Source: Lingula anatina
Taxonomy: Eukaryota; Animalia; Brachiopoda
Length of the DNA stretch: 64,000 bases
Direction: 5' to 3'
NCBI GenBank assembly: GCA_051362555.1
Contig: CM120642.1
Location: 10,106,001-10,170,000, forward strand
The translations under genes and the position numbers were made by a program. Below, piece after piece: positions 59,927-64,000 of the stretch (position 1 is the first letter of the stretch; each line of letters begins with the position of its first letter). Below the pieces are notes generated by a model that was not told the origin of the DNA, did not search any database, and worked only from the letters and a program-made list of their open reading frames with translations.

Positions 59927-60670
59927 AATCAATTTTCGTGGGAAAAAAGGAATTTTGTCCGTATCACGAATTCTTTCTCTACTCTTCTCGGCACTTAGAG
60001 TCGGTGTTTTCTTTCATTTTTAATTCAATGGTTTTGTTCTAAATGACTTTCCAGTCAGCTTTAAAGAAGTTTAAGAGGTATAAATCATAAAGGTTACTAG
60101 CTTTGCAGGATGGATAGAATATGTAGAAAATATAAGTTCCAGTAATTTTCAAACGCGTTCGGTGTACATGTGCCTTGAAGCTCACTTGTTCGCACAGTTA
60201 GTTTTAAGAACGTACGTTCGGGGGAGTGTAAATCGTTATAATCTTAAGCAATTTTGGCCAACAGGATATACTTTTTTGTGTTATATGACTGTGAGTCATG
60301 ATCTATCTAACGTTGTTTACCTCAACTTTTCTGCATGATTTATCTAGAAAAATACCGATAACAATGACTACATCCACACTAGCTATTTCAACGCAACTGC
60401 GGTTCTAACGCGGATATCTTTTCAAAGGTGAACGGGCTGATTATTTATTGGACCACAGGTTTCTTGCTTGTGTGAATGGGGATAATGTCACCTTCAAATA
60501 TCTTTGTCTGTGTAGTGAATCACTTCATTAGAAATTCACGACAGCCCAGTTGAATTTGCAAATTTAAGCAATCACCTTCGTCTCGGCAAGTTTGAACTGT
60601 CTTATGATGGACGGAAAGGAATGTCAGTGTCCCATGCCAACCTGTCACGTCACCTATCCAGGTAGGACAA

Positions 60671-60731
<61 letters not shown>
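60671..60731. repeat. (CT)n(CA)n compound microsatellite
   Basis: Direct reading. Confidence 0.95.
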
Positions 60732-60733
<2 letters not shown>

Positions 60734-60994
60734 CACGTGCAACACGTATAGCCTAAGATAGGGGCCAGCCGAGGGATGAAGGTAATTCCATACAAAAATT
60801 CTGGCTCACATTGCAGAAAAGTAGATAGAATTAACAAGAGACTAATTTGTGAATATAGTGAAAAATCAATCTGTGGCATGGGTAGAGGGAACGTTGAGTA
60901 CAGTTGTGAGTAATACCAGTACCAGGCTACATCTAATCTTCAGTACTACTAGGTGCAGGCCACTGATAATCAGGCTTAAATCTACTATTTTCAG

Positions 60995-61391
60995 GAAAAT
61001 ATAAAACCAAAGTCGCGTTCTCCGCCATGTGTACTACAGATCTGATAAACGACAACACCGCTGCTGATCTTACATTTCAAAAGATCCTGACAAATCTTGG
61101 ACGAGGCTTCAATGACGTCTCCTCATTCCATGCACCGGTCGACGGAACCTACTTCTTCACTTTCGCTATTCACACCGGTGTCAGGACTGCAAGAGTGTAC
61201 CTGCGCACCAATGCCAGCTACGTGAATGAAGCTTATGGGACCCCGGTCGGTCAGACCTCGACCAACCAGGCCATACTTCGTCTACAGAAGGGAGACAGGG
61301 TGTGGCTGCAACAGCAACCAAATGGATATACAATCAGCCTTGCAGAGCACATTCATGTCTCGTTTAAGGATTTCTTTTGTATGAAGATTAA
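60995..61391 (+). CDS. Globular C1q domain exon (frameshifted near the C-terminus)
   Basis: ctattttcag acceptor; overlaps ORF 61027..61446; clear gC1q motifs. Confidence 0.85.
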
Positions 61392-61440
61392 TAGGCACGT
61401 AAACAGGCAGAAGATTCAGAACGTTCTTATTTATTCATTT

Positions 61441-62060
61441 CTTTGACTTTTTGTAGGAGGGGATAGTACAAGTCATATCATGGAAAACTTTCCAGTACTA
61501 TCGATACTGAATTTTTCTTTTACACTATTTATAACAAATGCTTTCAATGGATGCCTATAGTTGTACATTGTACAGTTAATACAGTGCAAAATGAAAAAAA
61601 AAAACATACTGTAACATTGGTATATACACTGTATTAGCATATGTAAGATAGATAGTTCCATGGCGCTCAAGATATGTTATTATATTATATAATCTTTAAA
61701 TTACATATTTATTTTTCACTACAAAATAAAAAATTGCCATTTTCAATGTTGTCTAGTTTTTTGTTCATGAAGAATAAATGTTTGCCATATACGTTAATTT
61801 GGTGTTGTTTTGTTGTTGATTTTTATTTTGTAAAAAATCAGGTAAGATTTGAAGCAAAAGTTGCCACATAGACCTTTACAGTGAGTAGGGTTTTAAAAAG
61901 AAGAAAACGTAAATACATACACTGCAACCACAGAAAACTTGTTTTAAGGTTTTTTTTATTGAAGTCCAAATTTTATTCAAATATCGGGCTTTCCCTAAAA
62001 CTGTTGCCTCAATCTAAGTATTTAAAAGTCGTTTAAATTGTGCAGTTAAATGTTCATTTA
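61441..62060 (+). repeat. Segmental duplication, copy 2 (paralog of 47823-48443), includes AATAAA 61773-61778 and GT-rich tract
   Basis: Direct alignment by eye, few substitutions or indels. Confidence 0.95.
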
Positions 62061-62872
62061 TGTCTCCTCCATCTCAGTGTAACACACACTTTTATAGTCT
62101 CATTCATAGCAAGAAAGAAGGTAACAAGGAATATTGTTTGTTCGTGATTTGGCCAAACCAGGCCGCTTTTATTATATAACCCCTCTATCCTTATCGTTTT
62201 AACAATAATAACAATGTAGCAAATTGTTGCCTGTATTTAATGTTATGGCCTTAGGGATAAAAATTATATATCAAATATTCAATGAGACTCATCATCCTAA
62301 AAATTATGATGCGACGAGTCAGCAAAAGTTATTATTTACCAACAATTTTGTACAAATTTCATTTGTGGGGTTGCAAAGAGGCCCCCACTATGTCGAATAT
62401 TCAATAACACTAGTTACCCTAAGAAGTGATTCAGTATAAGCTACAGTATAGCATCCAATTCAGCTTGTCTGATTGCAAAGGCGAGGCCGATGCATTGCCT
62501 ATTGCAGGATTCTCAATACAAATCTACATAAGTACCGGCATGACAATGCTGTTAGCGGGTGACCTAACCCCTACTCCCTTTTTTTTTTAACAAAGGAAGG
62601 GTGGAGGTTCAGTTTTTCCCATATGCTGAAAACAGCTGGAAGAGTGAACTCTCTGTAATTGCCATGCCATCCTAGCTTGCACCTTACTAGTTGATTAGTA
62701 TTATAGTTAACAGTTTTAAGTGGTTATCTGTGGAAGAGCAATTTTTATTCCATTTTATAGTTATCAATGACTAGAATAAAACGTGAACAAAGAAGCAGAG
62801 TCGGGGATAACCTACATACGTATGTTCTAATACAATCGATCCCCTTATATTCCTGATTTCAACAAATGTAGA

Positions 62873-63405
62873 GATGGAACCGCAAAGCTTACTGGGCCGT
62901 ATTATGAGAAAAGCATGACTGGGTCTTAAAATAGAGTCAAAATTCTCATACAACATGAAAACAGCAGGTACACAAGTTGGATTTTTGCAACACTCATGTC
63001 ACAACACATTGAAATGACTAATAATCGTGTAAGCAAAAACCGAGAATGGAGCCTGTTTCACCCCTAAAACGGTGTATGTCAGATTCATATACAGCTGTTC
63101 CAATGACCTCTGCAGTATGCACAGATCAAAAATGGACCCGCAAGGCTTGCTGGGCCACCGTTCGATATATTTAAAAAGTAATCGAAAAATGAACCCACTA
63201 AAATTTTCATGTGACAATGTCACATACTCTTATAAAGGTGACACAATATCATCTGAACTCAGGATAATGTCATATGGAACGAAGAGACTTGATATGTGGC
63301 TGGTGGTGGGCATTGTAAGAAGTCTACGGCTACAAGTGAAAAATCAAAACTCTTAACACCATATGTCGATAATAATGTTTGATCAACCCGCAAGACTTGC
63401 TGGGC
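62873..63405. repeat. Three copies of a palindromic ~20-nt motif at ~250-bp spacing
   Basis: ccgcaaagcttactgggc (62880), cccgcaaggcttgctgggc (63137), cccgcaagacttgctgggc (63387). Confidence 0.7.
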
Positions 63406-64000
63406 TGATGACTGTCCAGTACAGAGGTAGCCTTTAAAGGACCTGTAAAGTCATGCGCAATGACTACCCACATACAATTTCTTCTCCTTTTCCTCTGGAT
63501 TAGGAAGATGGTGTGGATGCTGCAATGCGTGGACCACAGATTGACATAAGCAACAGCCGTCCTTCAGTTGAAGATGCAAAAGTTTAACTTGTTAAAGACA
63601 AGACTCCAACCATTCATTGCTCTAGATGAATACATCCAAAGAATTCACTGTGGCATTACTGGTAGGCGTCTGTACTGGCACATTCGCTGGGCAGTGGTGC
63701 TCTTGACAGGTATACAACACTGAAAAATCAAAGTAAAAACGCACGCAGTATGATGGTCAGATATAATGCAAGCAAAGTTCGGTCAGCAGAGGAGACAAAT
63801 GTGGTATGAAGGAGGAGACGGGGATGGTGGTGGGTGAAATTTTTTGAACTGAAGATTTCAGTTGCAGATTTGAGATAACTTGTAGCTTAATTGTATCATG
63901 CTCGTGAACAGAATGAATCAAGCAAAATGAGGCCAGGCAGTGATGCCCCATGGTATAAGTAGCAACATGTGCCTCTAAGGAGGTTACCCCTCTAGGGCAC

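Larger units (their letters stand above)
58173..61391 (+). pseudogene. C1q-domain-containing (C1qDC) secreted protein, disabled; join(58173..58293,60995..61391)
   Basis: Exon 60995 onward: VAFSA...LTFQKILTNLGRGFN...FHAPVDGTYFFTF...STNQAILRLQKGDRVWL (gC1q signature). The upstream exon reads ATG TAG RLVTYLFAIG...EQ G|gtaata, phase 1 matching. Frameshift at about 61366 before GFLLYED*. Confidence 0.75.

Noticed and set aside
62873-63405. CRISPR array
   Set aside because: Only three copies, about 230-bp spacers, eukaryotic DNA, no cas genes.
63480-63951. Possible terminal exon of a minus-strand gene (strong acceptor at 63720-63722) or the 64-aa ORF
   Set aside because: All three frames stop within about 100 nt and show no recognisable motif; upstream context is outside the window.

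Overview
AT-rich, intron-rich animal genomic DNA, not prokaryotic. The gene content and repeat types suggest a lophotrochozoan invertebrate, probably a mollusc (inference). (1) Positions 5310-45761 (+) hold the 3' part of a MTUS1/MTUS2/Drosophila toucan-family microtubule-associated coiled-coil gene. I reconstructed 16 phase-consistent GT-AG exons giving about 1,100 aa; the start codon was not found and probably lies upstream of the window. The gene also has a candidate 21-nt RPKRRRR microexon and candidate alternative first exons in its 20-kb intron. (2) A minus-strand gene (54110 to about 49812) encodes a secreted or surface somatomedin-B-domain, cysteine-rich protein and has a clear TATA plus double-CCAAT promoter. 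(3) A C1q-domain gene (+, 58173-61391) is disabled by a nonsense codon at position 2 and a C-terminal frameshift. Its 3' end is a ~620-bp paralog of the sequence at the probable MTUS polyadenylation site. (4) There are many DNA-transposon derivatives: a deleted ISL2EU element (THAP-DDE plus YqaJ), a Helentron-type HINE, a non-autonomous CACTA, several MITEs (one with an empty site inside the window) and a decayed Tc1. Microsatellites and local duplications are also present. No CRISPR array, rRNA or intact tRNA was seen. I found no clearly novel biological system; the best leads are splicing or isoform features and local duplications.
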